From Phoronis australis (taxonomy: Eukaryota > Animalia > Phoronida): a DNA stretch of 64,000 nucleotides. Where the stretch lies: contig NMRA01000185.1 of the NCBI GenBank assembly GCA_002633005.1, positions 679,993 through 743,992 of the forward strand, written 5' to 3'. The notes beneath the pieces were generated by a model that saw nothing but the letters and a program-made list of their open reading frames with translations, was not told where the DNA came from and made no database searches. A program made the position numbers and the translations under genes. This document shows positions 1 to 12,024 of this stretch, piece after piece (the first letter of the stretch is position 1; every line of letters starts with the position of its first letter).

Positions 1-1088
1 AGTATAAATGCAAGCTAGCTCCAGCTGCTGGTTGAAATTCTGTGCATCATGTTTGGTGTTTTGAAAATTTGCCCTTTAACGATTCCATCTGTCGATTCTA
101 TGTTACTGTTTCAGATTCATATATACACGTCTGAGTTTTCAGTGTAGAGGCCTCAGAATAAATTTTTAACTGAATTTCTTCTTACAAATGCCACTATTGT
201 CATCTTGCAGGGATTCAGAGTTGTTGTTCACCCTTGTCCTTATCTTCTTTGTCACCTGCATCCTCACAATCTGGATCAAAGGTTTGTGTCTGCTCTTGTA
301 AAGACTCCATGCTCTATTGGAATTTAAAGTAGATATAGGCATGCCTTATGTCACGAAAACCAACTGTATAGATACAGTTCTCATTATTTGAACCCAATGG
401 TGGTTTTCTTTGCACTGTATCTTTGGTTTTAGTGTTTCAGTGCTCAATTATATTGTAACTTTTCATAATATTTTACACTTACAGGCTACATAGGTACTTC
501 AGTGAGAAATCCAAGAGTAATGCTGTCAAGGATTAAGAAAGGTCTATACTCCAGTGCCACCAGTGTCCATAATTAGCAGATGCCTGAGAGAAAAACAAGG
601 CGTGCACAAACTTCTATACCAATTCTGTTTCATTACATTTAAGTCTTCATCCGATTTTCAGTATGAAACTAAGAAATGGTATTGGGTATAAATTTTATTT
701 ATTAGTACCACAAAGAAATCACATTTATCTGAGTACTAAGTAGTAGACAAAACAAATATATGCATTAGACACATAAAATATGGTGCCTGAGTAAATAATA
801 TAATTTGCTTGATTGCAAGCAAAGTACTGAGATAAAGCAGAACGATTTGCGTCATAACCCTTGCATTGCGAAAATATGTTGGGGTAGGCGCCTTTTGTTG
901 TAGCTGGTACCTTTGTCGAAAGCCAGCACATCATTAGAGCAGACTCTTGCCAGTTCCTCATTTATGACGAAGAAACCAAAAGTCCTGAATGAAAAATAAA
1001 AATAAAAATAAAATTTTCTTCATAGCCACGTATAAGAGAAAAAAATTCTTCATTAACTAGTGTACTTCAAAAGCTGAATACCTTATAG

Positions 1089-1275
1089 ATTGCGAACAGT
1101 TTGTCCCGTCACCACGCCATCTTTTTGGTCACACCACGTGACCTAAAGAATGTATGTCCGAAAAGATTTCTGCCCTAGACAGGGACGGGGGCAGAAATCT
1201 TTTTGGATTGATGTTCATTAGGTCACGTGATGTGACCAAAAAGATGGTGTGCTGACGGGACAAGCTGTTTGCGAT
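1089..1275. mobile_element. Palindromic MITE / long imperfect hairpin (~85-bp arms)
   Basis: ATTGCGAACAGTTTGTCCCGTCACCACGCCATCTTTTTGGTCACACCACGTGACCTAA...GATTTCTGCCC is mirrored by GGGCAGAAATC...TTAGGTCACGTGATGTGACCAAAAAGATGGTGTGCTGACGGGACAAGCTGTTTGCGAT. Confidence 0.8.
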
Positions 1276-3247
1276 ATTTTTCCATGCCTTACTAAAAAGA
1301 TTTATTTATACATACCTTATAGAATATACTGTTGGCAATCCATTGTTATGGCTATTTTGGTATTTATACTTAAATTTCCGATAAACATTAAGCAAAACTC
1401 AAATAAAGAATGTGTTTTATCATTGTGTTTTGTTTAGTTTGACTAAAACCGGACCTTATCATGAACCTGCCAATAATCTATAGATAGTCTTTAATGTCAC
1501 ATGTGTACTGTCAGGGTCGTAATAATGTTTCCACTTCACAATTGCCAACTGCCAAGTAAAGGTTTAGTCCAGTTATCATTAATACCTAATAGCCTGGAAA
1601 TAATTTGTTCACATTTTCTCAATAAGTAACAATTATGAGCATATTTTCAGATAATTTATTTATCTGAGTTTTGGTTTGTCTGAAACATTTATGTTGAGTG
1701 CAAGACCAAATCTCTGTAGCCAGAGCTTTGGAAGGAAAATGGTAAAAGGTTGTTACAAGTGTCATGTCAGCAGTGTTTTCTTTCACAGAGTCACATGTGT
1801 GCATAATGAGGGTGCTGAACTGGATTTCCAAAACTGTCTTTATAAGAAATACTCACAGGCATAAGCAAAATACAGGTGACAGGTTGCTTCTTATAGATCT
1901 TTTCAGTGTAGCGGACACTCCTCAGCATCTGCCACAGGTACACTCTAATGACAATCACAGCTTGTGATACCCACCACCCCAGAGTATGAACACAGCAAGT
2001 TGAATACAATGCCCTCATCCTCAGATATACTTATGTGAGGCTGAAAAAATCAAACCACATTAAATTTGAGTTGTAGTTTAAACATGACCTCAACATGAAG
2101 GGGAATGTTGTTTTCATAGTTGTAAACTGGTTGTTGTTCTTCAAAAAGCCAGTGGTCCATTATTAAAGAAGTTTTAAGACAGTAAAATTTTCAGCATTTC
2201 ATGTGGCTTTTTAGTGATACATAGCAAATCTATTTTATTGCAGGTTTTCAGTTTTGTTACTTATGAAGCTTGTGTGATTACTGATGAAAGAAAACAATAA
2301 GAATGACTTGATAACACAAAAGTTATGTAGAATCGGCTCTATTGCGTTAACAAACGAGAGTTCCAAGCATACCTGCACGTGAAAAGACCGAACATCGATT
2401 GCCACCTAAGCCCATTCCTCTGCACATGGCTCAGTACTCCAATCATGTCGTCACTGTTGCCTGAGTATTGTTATTATTGGTGAAGTGGTGATGCACATTA
2501 CGATGAACCTTTAAAAACATGGTAATCACATAAAATGCCAATCTGTGCAGTACATAGATAACATTGATCATTCCATAGGATACACAGTTTCGCAAAAAAG
2601 TGTGAGTGTACCTGAAATTGAAACTTCAGTGTTCTACCTGTTTCCAGACTAATTAAGTTTAGTTCCTGTGTTAACTTGCCAATACTGATGCTAGAAGTCT
2701 GTAACAGCTGACATTCAAGGATAGATGATTTTTCGAAGCACTCTTTAGGCCCTCTGCCATGTAAACTGATCGATTGTGTTCTTGATAAAGTGAGTCTGCA
2801 AAGGCCTAGTCGCACATTCAAGAAAGGGTACATTAGTTAAAAGCAAGCACTGTCATTAACCTTCCCCTGTCCCTAACCCTTTATTTACCCAATCGAGACC
2901 ATACCTCTGATAATGAAAGATGTAACCTGCTCGACCTTTATTAAATGCTCCTACTGAACCGGCTTTGGCTTATACCCTTTTGCCTTAGAGGAGGTCCCAT
3001 ACATAGTATATTGTCCTGTAATGATATGACCACTCCCAGTGTCCTGCAATTTGAGAACCAGATTTCTTAACTGAATAACAGGCATCAAATTTGTTGCATC
3101 CCATTCCCAACCATGGTTTTGTACGATCTCACTTTTCTCGCAAGAAGCTTCAGCCTTCCGGCACTTCCCAAGTTTGCTTGCATTCAATCCGAGGCTTCAT
3201 CGCTGATCCAGTGATTTGTGTTCAAGTGGACTAGCTAGCTGACTAGT

Positions 3248-3666
3248 CAGTGGTGGATTTAGAGGGGGGCTATGGCCTCCCTAAAATTCTCCCAGCTCTC
3301 ATTTGGCAGTTCCGGGGTGCAAATGTTTGGCGAACTAAATCCTGTTTAATACTCTGCCCTGTTCCCCCCAACTCAAAATCCTGGATCTGCTCCAGGGGCA
3401 GATCCAGGATTTTGAGTTGGGGGGGGGGGGCAGGGCACAGGAATAACCAGAATTTTACGACATGCGCGTGCCCAGCCTGATGTAGGTATGCGGGGGTCTC
3501 GAATTTTTGGGTTTGTGGACCTTATTACTTAAAAAAACATAGAAGGTATATGGGGTTTATTCAAGGGGCATATGCTAGCCAGCAATTCGCACCCTGAACT
3601 GCCAAATGGTATCTGGGAGAATTTTAGGGGGCCAGGGCCCCCCTTAAATTCTCCAATGTGCCCCTG
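3248..3666. mobile_element. CAGTGG...CCCCTG MITE with 5-bp TSD
   Basis: CTAGT direct repeat at 3243-3247 and 3667-3671; internal inverted G/C-tract arms; related copies at 16418 and 25301. Confidence 0.75.
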
Positions 3667-4250
3667 CTAGTACAATATACAAGTAGAGTATAGAGTACCT
3701 GGTGATAGACGCTTTTCATATGGCAATGAAAAACCATGAATGGTTTTGCAATTCAAGTCCAAAGTCTGAAAACTGCCAGCAGGTAGAAATTCAACTCACG
3801 ACCATCGAGTGACAAACAGGGTCTATCCAACCACAATAACATTACACTCTTTTTCAGTCACAGCATTGATAGGCCTAGGGCTAGCCTTGGTACAAATCTG
3901 TATACTAAATATACTACCCTGGCTGTGTGAATTTCGGATTCTATTGAAGAAAAACACACAGTGGTACCTAGCTGTTTTTGATACCGCTAGCTGACTGGCT
4001 AGGGTAGCACTGCAGACTCGACTCGAGCACGATTACTATCGAATTCAGTACGCAATTTTCCCACAGATAATGGTTTCATCTAATTCTAAGGGTAATATTT
4101 AGACTGTTAAGCTCATACAGGGAGCAATATCGTCATAAAAATGTTCAAGAAACGAATAAATTACCTGGTTAAGGCGAACTTCTCTTCTTCGAAGCAGTAC
4201 CAGAAACAGCTGACTATTGGTCTCGAGTTGCCGAAAGGTCAAACCGCACA

Positions 4251-4264
4251 GCATTATGGGCAAC
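4251..4264 (-). promoter_or_regulatory. ZNF143/Staf-like promoter motif
   Basis: Minus strand reads GTTGCCCATAATGC, resembling the Staf core TCCCA(T/C)AATGC, just upstream of a first-exon-like segment. Confidence 0.35.
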
Positions 4265-5074
4265 ATTCGTTTGTTTTGATCACGCAGATTTTAAGAAAAT
4301 AAAAAATAAAAGAAAAAATATGTACTGGCAGCAGATCGAACCCATACTTACGAAAAGTTCTAATTAAGTGTCAGAGAGTACGTTTCAATGGTTTTTATGC
4401 AGATTCACGACGTTTTTAAAACGTCTAAAAATGGATCATATGACTTTAAGTCAAACGCTGGCATTTGCTTACTTGAGTTAGAGAGGTTGACAGTGGATTA
4501 AAGTTCCAACTGTCACACATACAGGATAGTGTCCTGACCTGGATGCCGCATCGTCTGGCTAAAATACCACCTGCCAGAGCGTTAGTAACACCACTAGCCA
4601 AGCTGAAGTCTGAGAGTGACGAAGGCAATGCCATTAACTCAAGTGAGTATTTGACTTATTTTTTCTGTATTTTATTTAGCACTGTACTTGACAATAAAAG
4701 GAACATGTCTTCGCACTGCTTTCCTACACATAATATTGACAATATAATAACATTATAATTACTAGTAATAATATTATAAAAAAGCATGACTGGCCTCAAA
4801 AATTTCCTGGTCAAAATAAAAAAGAATTTGTCATAAATATTTCAAAGATCACCGGCCATCGATATGAATCAGCTAAATCATGGAACAGTTGGCCAAAGGC
4901 CAAGTCTGTCAAAGTTTGTTTCTAACACTACTCAACGGGTCAGCACTCATATCGGGCACTTCTGTCATGTAATGATGTGGAATGATAAGGTTGGATACAA
5001 CCGGATGGTTGATTTGGTCTAGTTTACAACACAAGCTTTGAGATAGTGAGTATGAAGAAAAGTTCCTCTAAGTT

Positions 5075-5956
5075 TTAAGTTCTTTTCAGTAGATATTCTA
5101 TAACAGCATCATAAACAATCAACATAATAGCGCCACCTGGTCCTAGACGCATCACTTTAGGAACTAAGCCTTTGTATAAAGCTGCAAACCCTTCTTCTTT
5201 ATAGATTAATTTCATAGTTGCAAAGCATGTCTTGTATTTAATATGTACAGGATCTGGCTGGGGCCCTTGAATTCTGCTTTTGGCCACATCAAATGGGATG
5301 TTGACACATGATGCTAAAGTCCCTCCGGTCAGCCCGATCAGGAACCTCTGAAATAAGTCCGCATGCTTATTGGATTGCTTTGGAAAGTAGCCTTTAACGT
5401 TGTGGTAAAAGCTAAAATAGACCATGTTGAATACACCATTGCGACCTAGGGTTGATGTGAGACCCTTGTTTAAACCCTTACCACCAAAACCATTAGCTTT
5501 CACAATTTCTCTTGCTGTTGTGAAAGCACTGTTCTGTTGCGATATGGAAATCTCTTTTTCGGCTTGAAGCTTAACTTTAACAACTTCAAATGGATTGATA
5601 ACTATGGCCTCAGTAAGTCCTGCGCACAACCCAGCCAAGGTAAAGGTCATGACCCCAGGTGTAGTGCTACCAAACATGAACAGTTTCTTGTACTGTTCAA
5701 ACGTAAAGAATTTAACAGCTCTCTTTGGTGTTTCGGCAAGAATTGGTGGTAGTATTCCTTTATAGAAGGACAATAGACCCTCAGCCTTGTACATCTTCCT
5801 GGCGCAGTCTGCAACGGATGTGTATCCCGCACGACCTTGCTGGACTTGGAAACGAGTCTTGATCAAATCTAAAGGGTGCATGAGGGAAACTTCAACGAAA
5901 CCTGCAGCACCTCCAGCACTAAACTGCATGGCACCTAACTTTGCAGTGCTGCTCAT
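5075..5956 (-). CDS. SLC25A21: Mitochondrial 2-oxodicarboxylate carrier, single exon, 293 aa
   Basis: Intact ORF with three carrier repeats (PLDLIKTRFQ, PFEVVKVKLQ, PFDVAKSRIQ) and ODC-type motifs GILPPILAETPKRAVKFFTFEQYK and KVMRLGPGGA; minus-strand AATAAA at ~4671-4676; CCAAT box at ~6231. Confidence 0.95.
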   Translation of the reverse strand: MSSTAKLGAMQFSAGGAAGFVEVSLMHPLDLIKTRFQVQQGRAGYTSVADCARKMYKAEGLLSFYKGILPPILAETPKRAVKFFTFEQYKKLFMFGSTTPGVMTFTLAGLCAGLTEAIVINPFEVVKVKLQAEKEISISQQNSAFTTAREIVKANGFGGKGLNKGLTSTLGRNGVFNMVYFSFYHNVKGYFPKQSNKHADLFQRFLIGLTGGTLASCVNIPFDVAKSRIQGPQPDPVHIKYKTCFATMKLIYKEEGFAALYKGLVPKVMRLGPGGAIMLIVYDAVIEYLLKRT

Positions 5957-6839
5957 GATTAATGTAATTCAAGAAAACGTAGGAATTCAGTAAATGCACT
6001 ATAAATAACTTTTGACTGTTTCACGCCCCCTTTTTCTGTTCTATGTGAAGACCTCGCGTACAGTTTGGCAAACGGTCTTAAGCTCTCCACTTGCTTGTCT
6101 GTATTGTCCCACTCGGAATGAGTTTACACACAATAGAGTTGTCGAAATCCAGCTAAGATTCGTAGCACAATCTACAACATCCAACAATTTGGAGAATGTG
6201 TACCGTACTGGAGTCGAGCACCTTCATGTGATTGGCTCAAATCGTGTGAGAAAAGATAATATCAAGGTTACTTCAAATAATCATTATAACATTAAGCAAT
6301 TTTACCTCTTTCTTATACAATAGTGGAGTTTCTTTTAAATTTTATGATGTTGAATTATAGCTTGTATATTAATTGTGTATATTTATGCCATTCAAATGGA
6401 GAAAACGGATCAGAGTGCATTGACTTTTCAAGGAAATTTCCGTGCTCTTTTGCTTCTGGAATTACGATTACAAGGTGCTCTATTTTGCTCACCGGCAGAA
6501 TTTCGAAAGGTGCTCCAGCTTATGGATTCCAGTAGCCGAAGAGGATATTAGTAACTGGCTAGGTACTGTCACTGCTGTGAATAGGTGCTCTTGCATATAT
6601 TCCTTCAGTCTCGAAAGGTGCTTGTGTTTATGGTGGTGTACACTCCAATGCTCATCACACAAAGCACAGCCAAGTAGTCTATTGACTCGAGTACACACCG
6701 GTGGCGGTGACCTTCTTATTCTTCTTCCGACCAACTTTGAGGCTTAATAACTCCAAATTGGGTGCAGGTACAGTCTTTAAATTCAGCATATGACTTTTGA
6801 CAGTATGTTAATTTTGATTGGTTATATAATCATATTCCA

Positions 6840-7642
6840 TATTGCACCGGAAGAGGTCGTTTGGTGCAAAGGTCATATAATTTTCAAAATGTTACTCCTC
6901 CTTCAGTTTTAAAGCTATCTTTTTCAAATTCGGTGCACAGGTATAAGTCAACATGACAATTTAAAAAATTACTTTTCTAAGTAATCGGTTAATCCAATCA
7001 GGTGAAATAGGTCAAAGGTCATTTGGTGCAAACTAAAATTTTGAGCTAGACACTTCAAATTGACAGGTCTGATTGCCACAGGTAAATCAAATCAGAATCC
7101 AAAGTTTCAGATCATTTAGTGCAAACATGGGGTCATTAGGTGCATTTTTCTTCTGAAAATTGGACCTTTTCAATCGGCAAGTATTCTGATGTGTCAACCG
7201 TTAGACAACTGTGATTCTCAGCATTAAACACATTTTCCATGGGCTTTGTAATAATTCTCCCAAAGATGCTTAAAATGCACCGGATGAGGTCAATTAGTGC
7301 AAAGATCATGTAACGTTCAAAATGTTATATGTCTTGCGTTTTTTAAGGAATTCTTTTCAATTTCAGCACACTGGTATAAGTCAACATGCCAATTGAATAC
7401 CCTACTTTACTTTGCAATAGGCCTAACCAATCATAAAAAATAGGTCAAAGGTCATTGAGTGCAAACTAAAATTTTGAGGTAGAGACTTCAGAATTACGTA
7501 TCTGTTTACTAAGTGCGATTGAGTTTGAATTCTAAATTTTCAGGTCATTTGGTGCACCCATGGGGTCATTAGGTGCATTTTTCTTCTGAAAGTTTGACCA
7601 CTTCATTCATCTTATATTCTGAAGTGCTTAAAGTAAAACATC
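6840..7642. repeat. Diverged tandem dimer, period ~433 bp
   Basis: GCACCGGA(A/T)GAGGTC..GTGCAAA at 6844 and 7278; GGTATAAGTCAACATG, TAGGTCAAAGGTCATT and CATGGGGTCATTAGGTGCATTTTTCTTCTGAAA each recur about 433 bp apart. Confidence 0.85.
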
Positions 7643-8132
7643 TGTGGATCGTTAAGTTTTACAGGCTATCAATTCGAACACGAATACAGTGATGAAGAAA
7701 TACTAGAGAGGCGCCATGAACAAGCTCAGACAACGGAACGTACGGAGTTATTTGGTAAGCCGGCATTCGTCAGGCACGGTCGACGTCTGCAGGCCACAGA
7801 CATGGAGATGTTTCACGGCCTCATACTTCCTATTTACAGCGTACATTTCATTCTTCACTACCATGAGCCACTTCCTAAGCATTGCGGACTCTCGAGGAAG
7901 TAAAGAAACGTTATACCCGCTTTTCTCGCAGCTGCTTAGTTCGGACAAGCACCGCAGCATAGCGGCATTCACTCTGCATATGAACCACTGACGTCGCTAG
8001 CGTTGTTTCTCACCTTCCTCACAGGTTAACGCGACACCTGTTGGCAAGGTAAGGTCGACCGTACGCACGGCGATGTGGATATAGACCGATTAAGACGGCA
8101 AGAAAGACTAATTAATTGGGTGGCATTCTCCT
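7643..8132 (-). mobile_element. Non-autonomous Kolobok-like element, copy 1 (THAP plus KolX-like remnants)
   Basis: Terminus AGGAGAATGCCACCC flanked by TTAA (8133-8136); THAP-like frame 7748-7972; opposite-strand GYQFEHEYSDEEILERR; homologous to copies at 15250 and 62472. Confidence 0.7.
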
Positions 8133-8136
8133 TTAA

Positions 8137-9080
8137 CGTTCTAGCATAAGGTGCTCCCATTTTTACATTGTCCTAGCATAAGGTGCTCCCATTTAAACAT
8201 TCCCCTAGCATAAGGTGCTCCCATTTAATATTCTAACATAAGGTGCTCCCATTTTTACATTGTCCTAGCATAGGGTGCTCCCATTTTAACATTATCCTAG
8301 CATAAGGTCCTCCCATTTTAACATTCCCTAGGATAAGGTGCTCCCAGTTTAGCATTCTCGTTGCAGAAGGTGCTCCCATTTTAACATTCTCCTAGCATAA
8401 GTTGCTCCCATTTTAACATTCTCATAGCATAAGGTGCTCCCATTTAACATTCTCCTAGCATAAGGTGCTCATATTTTAACATTCTCATAGCAAAAGGTGC
8501 CCCCATTTTAACATTTTCCTAGCATATTGTGCTCCCATTTTAACATTCTCTTGGCATAAGGTGCTCACATTTTTACATTCTCGTAGCATGAGGTGCTCCC
8601 ATTTTAACATTTGCATAGCTTGAGGTGTTCCCATTTTGATATTCTCATGGCATGAGGTGCTCCCATTTTGACATTTTCATGGGATGAGGTGCTCCCATTT
8701 TGACATTCTCATGGCATGAGGTGCTCCCATTTGGACATTCTCATGGCATGTTAACATTCCCGTAGCATAAGGTGCTCCCACTTTTACATTCTCAGATAAT
8801 ATAAGGTGCTCACATTTTGACATTCTCGTGGCATAAGGTGCTCCCATTTTGACGTTGTTGTAGCATAAGGTGCTCCCATTTTGACATTCGCGTGGCATGA
8901 GGTGCTTCCATTTTGACATTGTTGTAGCATAAGGTGCTCCCATTTTGACATTCTCGGGACATAAGGTGCTCTCATTTTTACATTCTTGTAGCTTAAGGTG
9001 CATACATTTTAACATTCTCGTAGCGTGAGGTACACCCATTTTTACAGTCTCATGGCATAAGTTGCTCCCATTTTGACTTT
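8137..9080. repeat. Minisatellite, ~30 copies of a 30-32-bp unit
   Basis: Contiguous units close to TAGCATAAGGTGCTCCCATTTTAACATTCTC with no unique spacers. Confidence 0.95.
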
Positions 9081-9973
9081 TTAATTTGATAAGCTGCTTT
9101 CAGTTTGGCATTGTCATAACATAAAGAGCTTTCAATTTGTCAATTACTTTATTCAGTCTTCTAAATTTCAGATGTTTGATGTCTTCCGACATATGTAAAG
9201 CTTTTGGTGGATGGGGAATTTCCCATGGACTTCTCGAAGTGTCCAGTGAAAAAAGAAGTAATGGAATCCATAAAAGGCACCAAAAAATAGTGTGTCTGAG
9301 ACAGGTATAACGTCTCCTTTCATTTATGTGTGACAAAGACCAAGGAGAAATGCCATATTTATGTTTTAGAATCTGTCAACTTACAACTGTATTGACAGTG
9401 CATTGGTAAATTTAAAAGTACTTAGTATGCTGCCTAAAAAGCAAAGGTGTGATACTTAACTATTAACCACCACCATCGCAAAAGGTACCCGCTCATCCAA
9501 AACCTTTACGGCAAACAGATGGCGCTGGATGCAATGATGCTTTACTAACAGGCAGCGCTGCTTACACTCATGTGACATTCTTGTGTGAACTGAATCTTGT
9601 GTTGATAGAACATAAAATACAGACGTTTCTACTTGGTGAACCATCAGCTGCCGTGTCGTGCCACGGCCAGTCCGGTCTGCTGGGCTCAGTGTTGTTGGCG
9701 AACGAGACACTGAACGAAAAAGAAAATATCGCAGAGAATAAAACCTAACATGTATATCACCATGTATAATTCAAGCATAATTTAAAAAATATAGTGGTTA
9801 TATTTCAACCTAATTAAAATTATAGTTGTGAAGTTGCCAAAATCTCGCCGGGCGGAAAAGTGGCCGGGCCCGGATTAGTAGCCTCACCATGGTCACGTTC
9901 ATTGAATATATATTTTACCCCAGCGTTTAGGCCGAGCAACCACAACAGCGTATATTATTAACACTTTCATCTT

Positions 9974-12024
9974 TTTTTTTTTTTTTAAATTTTTTTTATT
10001 CTCCCAGTTCAACATAAGTAAGGACAAAGGTCTGGGATTCCCTTGCCTTACTTTACAATTCAATGAAAATAAAGTTTACTAAGTTAAAAATATACGTGAA
10101 CCGGATTTTGAAATAGATTTAACAACAGAAAACAAAAACATACAAGACAATATAGTAGTATATGGCTCTGAAAAAAAGGAGGGGGGAGAGTATTTTGGAA
10201 TGATAAAATATCCTTACATTGCTATCAAATTATGCATTTGTGACCACCTGTTTGTAAATTTTTCCATTTGTAAATTTTTTGAATAAATATGTTTTTCACT
10301 GGAGTAATAACTGTTAATTTCTTTTGTTAATACAATTAAATTTGGAGGTTTACCCTTGAGACGTTGCTTATATAAATGGAACTTGCTGAGACACAAGATT
10401 AAATTTTGAATTGGCTGGCTTCTACATCTGTTTCCAAAGAAAACTGTAAGCACATTTGTACCAAGGGAAATATTAGTTTTGTTTCTAACCCAACCTTCAA
10501 CATTGTTCCAAAAATTTTGAACAACATCACATTGCCAGTATAAGTGAAGCAAAGTCTCAGGTTCAGTCTTACAAAACGTACACAAGGGGGAGTTGGTTAC
10601 CCCAATTTTGACAAGGTAAGAGTTACAGCTAATTATCCTATGTGACAGTCTAAATTGAAACCAACGAAGTTTCACGTCAAGTGTAAAATTCAGAAAGTAG
10701 GCAAATTTCCACCATTCTGTAGTGTCAGGTATTGCAAGTTCTGCCTGCCACTTCATCTCAGACCTAGGCCGGGCATATTTGTTTAGCACCAAAGTGTTAT
10801 ATATATGTTTTGTTCCCTTCTTGTCTGCAAGTAACAATTTCACAAAAATTGGGATAGAGGGTGCGTAGAAGGAAAACTTGTCTCTTTTTGAGATTTTCCA
10901 TTTTTGACAAACAGCCTCATTGAGCCCATAAAAATTCAAAAATATTGGTCTAAAATTGAACTTTTTGCAAAAACCTTCAAAAGATAACAAATATCCATGC
11001 TCGTCTAGTAGGTCTGAGATATAATAAACACCCTTTTCAAACCATCTTCTCCAAAATACAGTTTTTCCACCAATCAATACATTAGTATTATACCAAATTG
11101 GCTGATATGGTATTTCCTCCTGATCTATTATATTAGAAAAATCATACAGAAAGTTAAATAGTTCCTTCCAAAAAGGGTTCTCAGTTCGAGATGCTGCATA
11201 TTTGTAGAAATAGTTCCCAAATTTTAGACACTCCAATGATATCAAATCAGTGTTTAAGATGAGATTTAACCATGCAGTAGAATTTGTGGCTTTTAAGATC
11301 CTACGCATCCATGTTATCTTAATTGCCTTTACAAAAGAGTAAACATCTATCATTTTACAACCACCCATTTCATAATGTTGAATCATGGTTTTGCGCCTAA
11401 TTTTGTCACACTTTCCTCCCCAAATATAGTGAAAAAACAGTTTTTCTAGTTCTTTACAAAACAGATTATTAGGGATTGGCAAAGAAGATAAAACATGAAT
11501 CAGTTTTGGTAGAAGAAATGATTTGACCACTGTAACTTTACCAAGAGTACTTAAGTTTCTTTTTGACCATCTCATAATTTCTTTTTTAATATCAACCAAC
11601 TTGCGATCAAAATTTAAAATACTCATTTCCTGGATGTCAGTAGAAAAAACAATCCCGAGCATACTAAACTGTGAGGTAGACCATTTTAAGTCCTTTTCAG
11701 AACATACCCTTGAATTACTTTGCCTCATAGAACCTATCCAAACACAAGTTGTTTTTTCTAAATTAGGAGTTAGACCAGAATACTTTGAGAACTGGTCAAG
11801 CAGATCAAGAGAGTTTTTTAATGATCTTTCGGAACCATCAAGTATGATAGCAGTGTCATCTGCATATTGAACTAGTTTAAATTCATGAGCTCCAATTTGT
11901 ATACCTTTTATATTTTTGTTTTTCCTAAAGAGAATTCCCATAATCTCAGCACATAGTAGAAAAAGATAGGGAGATAAAAGGTCTCCTTGTTTACAGCCTC
12001 TGCCCATGATGGGCAGAGGCTGTA
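9974..12024 (-). mobile_element. 5'-truncated Tx1/L1-clade non-LTR retrotransposon
   Basis: Poly(A) tail (T run from 9972); 14-bp TSD AACACTTTCATCTT at 9960-9973 and 12025-12038; contains the ORF2 C-terminal part. Confidence 0.92.
10214..12007 (-). CDS. LINE ORF2 fragment: RT C-terminal half plus zinc knuckle
   Basis: GCKQGDLLSP and QYADD RT motifs; C-terminal CTFCKTEPETLLHLYWQC; 597 codons uninterrupted. Confidence 0.9.
   Translation of the reverse strand: MGRGCKQGDLLSPYLFLLCAEIMGILFRKNKNIKGIQIGAHEFKLVQYADDTAIILDGSERSLKNSLDLLDQFSKYSGLTPNLEKTTCVWIGSMRQSNSRVCSEKDLKWSTSQFSMLGIVFSTDIQEMSILNFDRKLVDIKKEIMRWSKRNLSTLGKVTVVKSFLLPKLIHVLSSLPIPNNLFCKELEKLFFHYIWGGKCDKIRRKTMIQHYEMGGCKMIDVYSFVKAIKITWMRRILKATNSTAWLNLILNTDLISLECLKFGNYFYKYAASRTENPFWKELFNFLYDFSNIIDQEEIPYQPIWYNTNVLIGGKTVFWRRWFEKGVYYISDLLDEHGYLLSFEGFCKKFNFRPIFLNFYGLNEAVCQKWKISKRDKFSFYAPSIPIFVKLLLADKKGTKHIYNTLVLNKYARPRSEMKWQAELAIPDTTEWWKFAYFLNFTLDVKLRWFQFRLSHRIISCNSYLVKIGVTNSPLCTFCKTEPETLLHLYWQCDVVQNFWNNVEGWVRNKTNISLGTNVLTVFFGNRCRSQPIQNLILCLSKFHLYKQRLKGKPPNLIVLTKEINSYYSSEKHIYSKNLQMEKFTNRWSQMHNLIAM

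Larger units (their letters stand above)
850..4230 (-). other. Candidate spliced transcript with no convincing ORF (lncRNA, long 5'UTR or pseudogene)
   Basis: Minus-strand splice signals: donor CAG|GTAA near 4165, exon-like 2373-2508 (AAAG|...CAG|GTATG), exon-like ~1857-2040 (TTTTTTCAG|...|GTGAGT), acceptor near 984 after a long T tract. A ZNF143-like motif lies upstream. Frames are interrupted by stops. Confidence 0.3.

Noticed and set aside
8677-9039. Repetitive ORFs (KMGAPYAT, MSKWEHL)
   Set aside because: Translation artefacts of the minisatellite
8137-9080. CRISPR-like array
   Set aside because: Units are contiguous with no unique spacers, there are no cas genes, and the context is eukaryotic; it is a minisatellite
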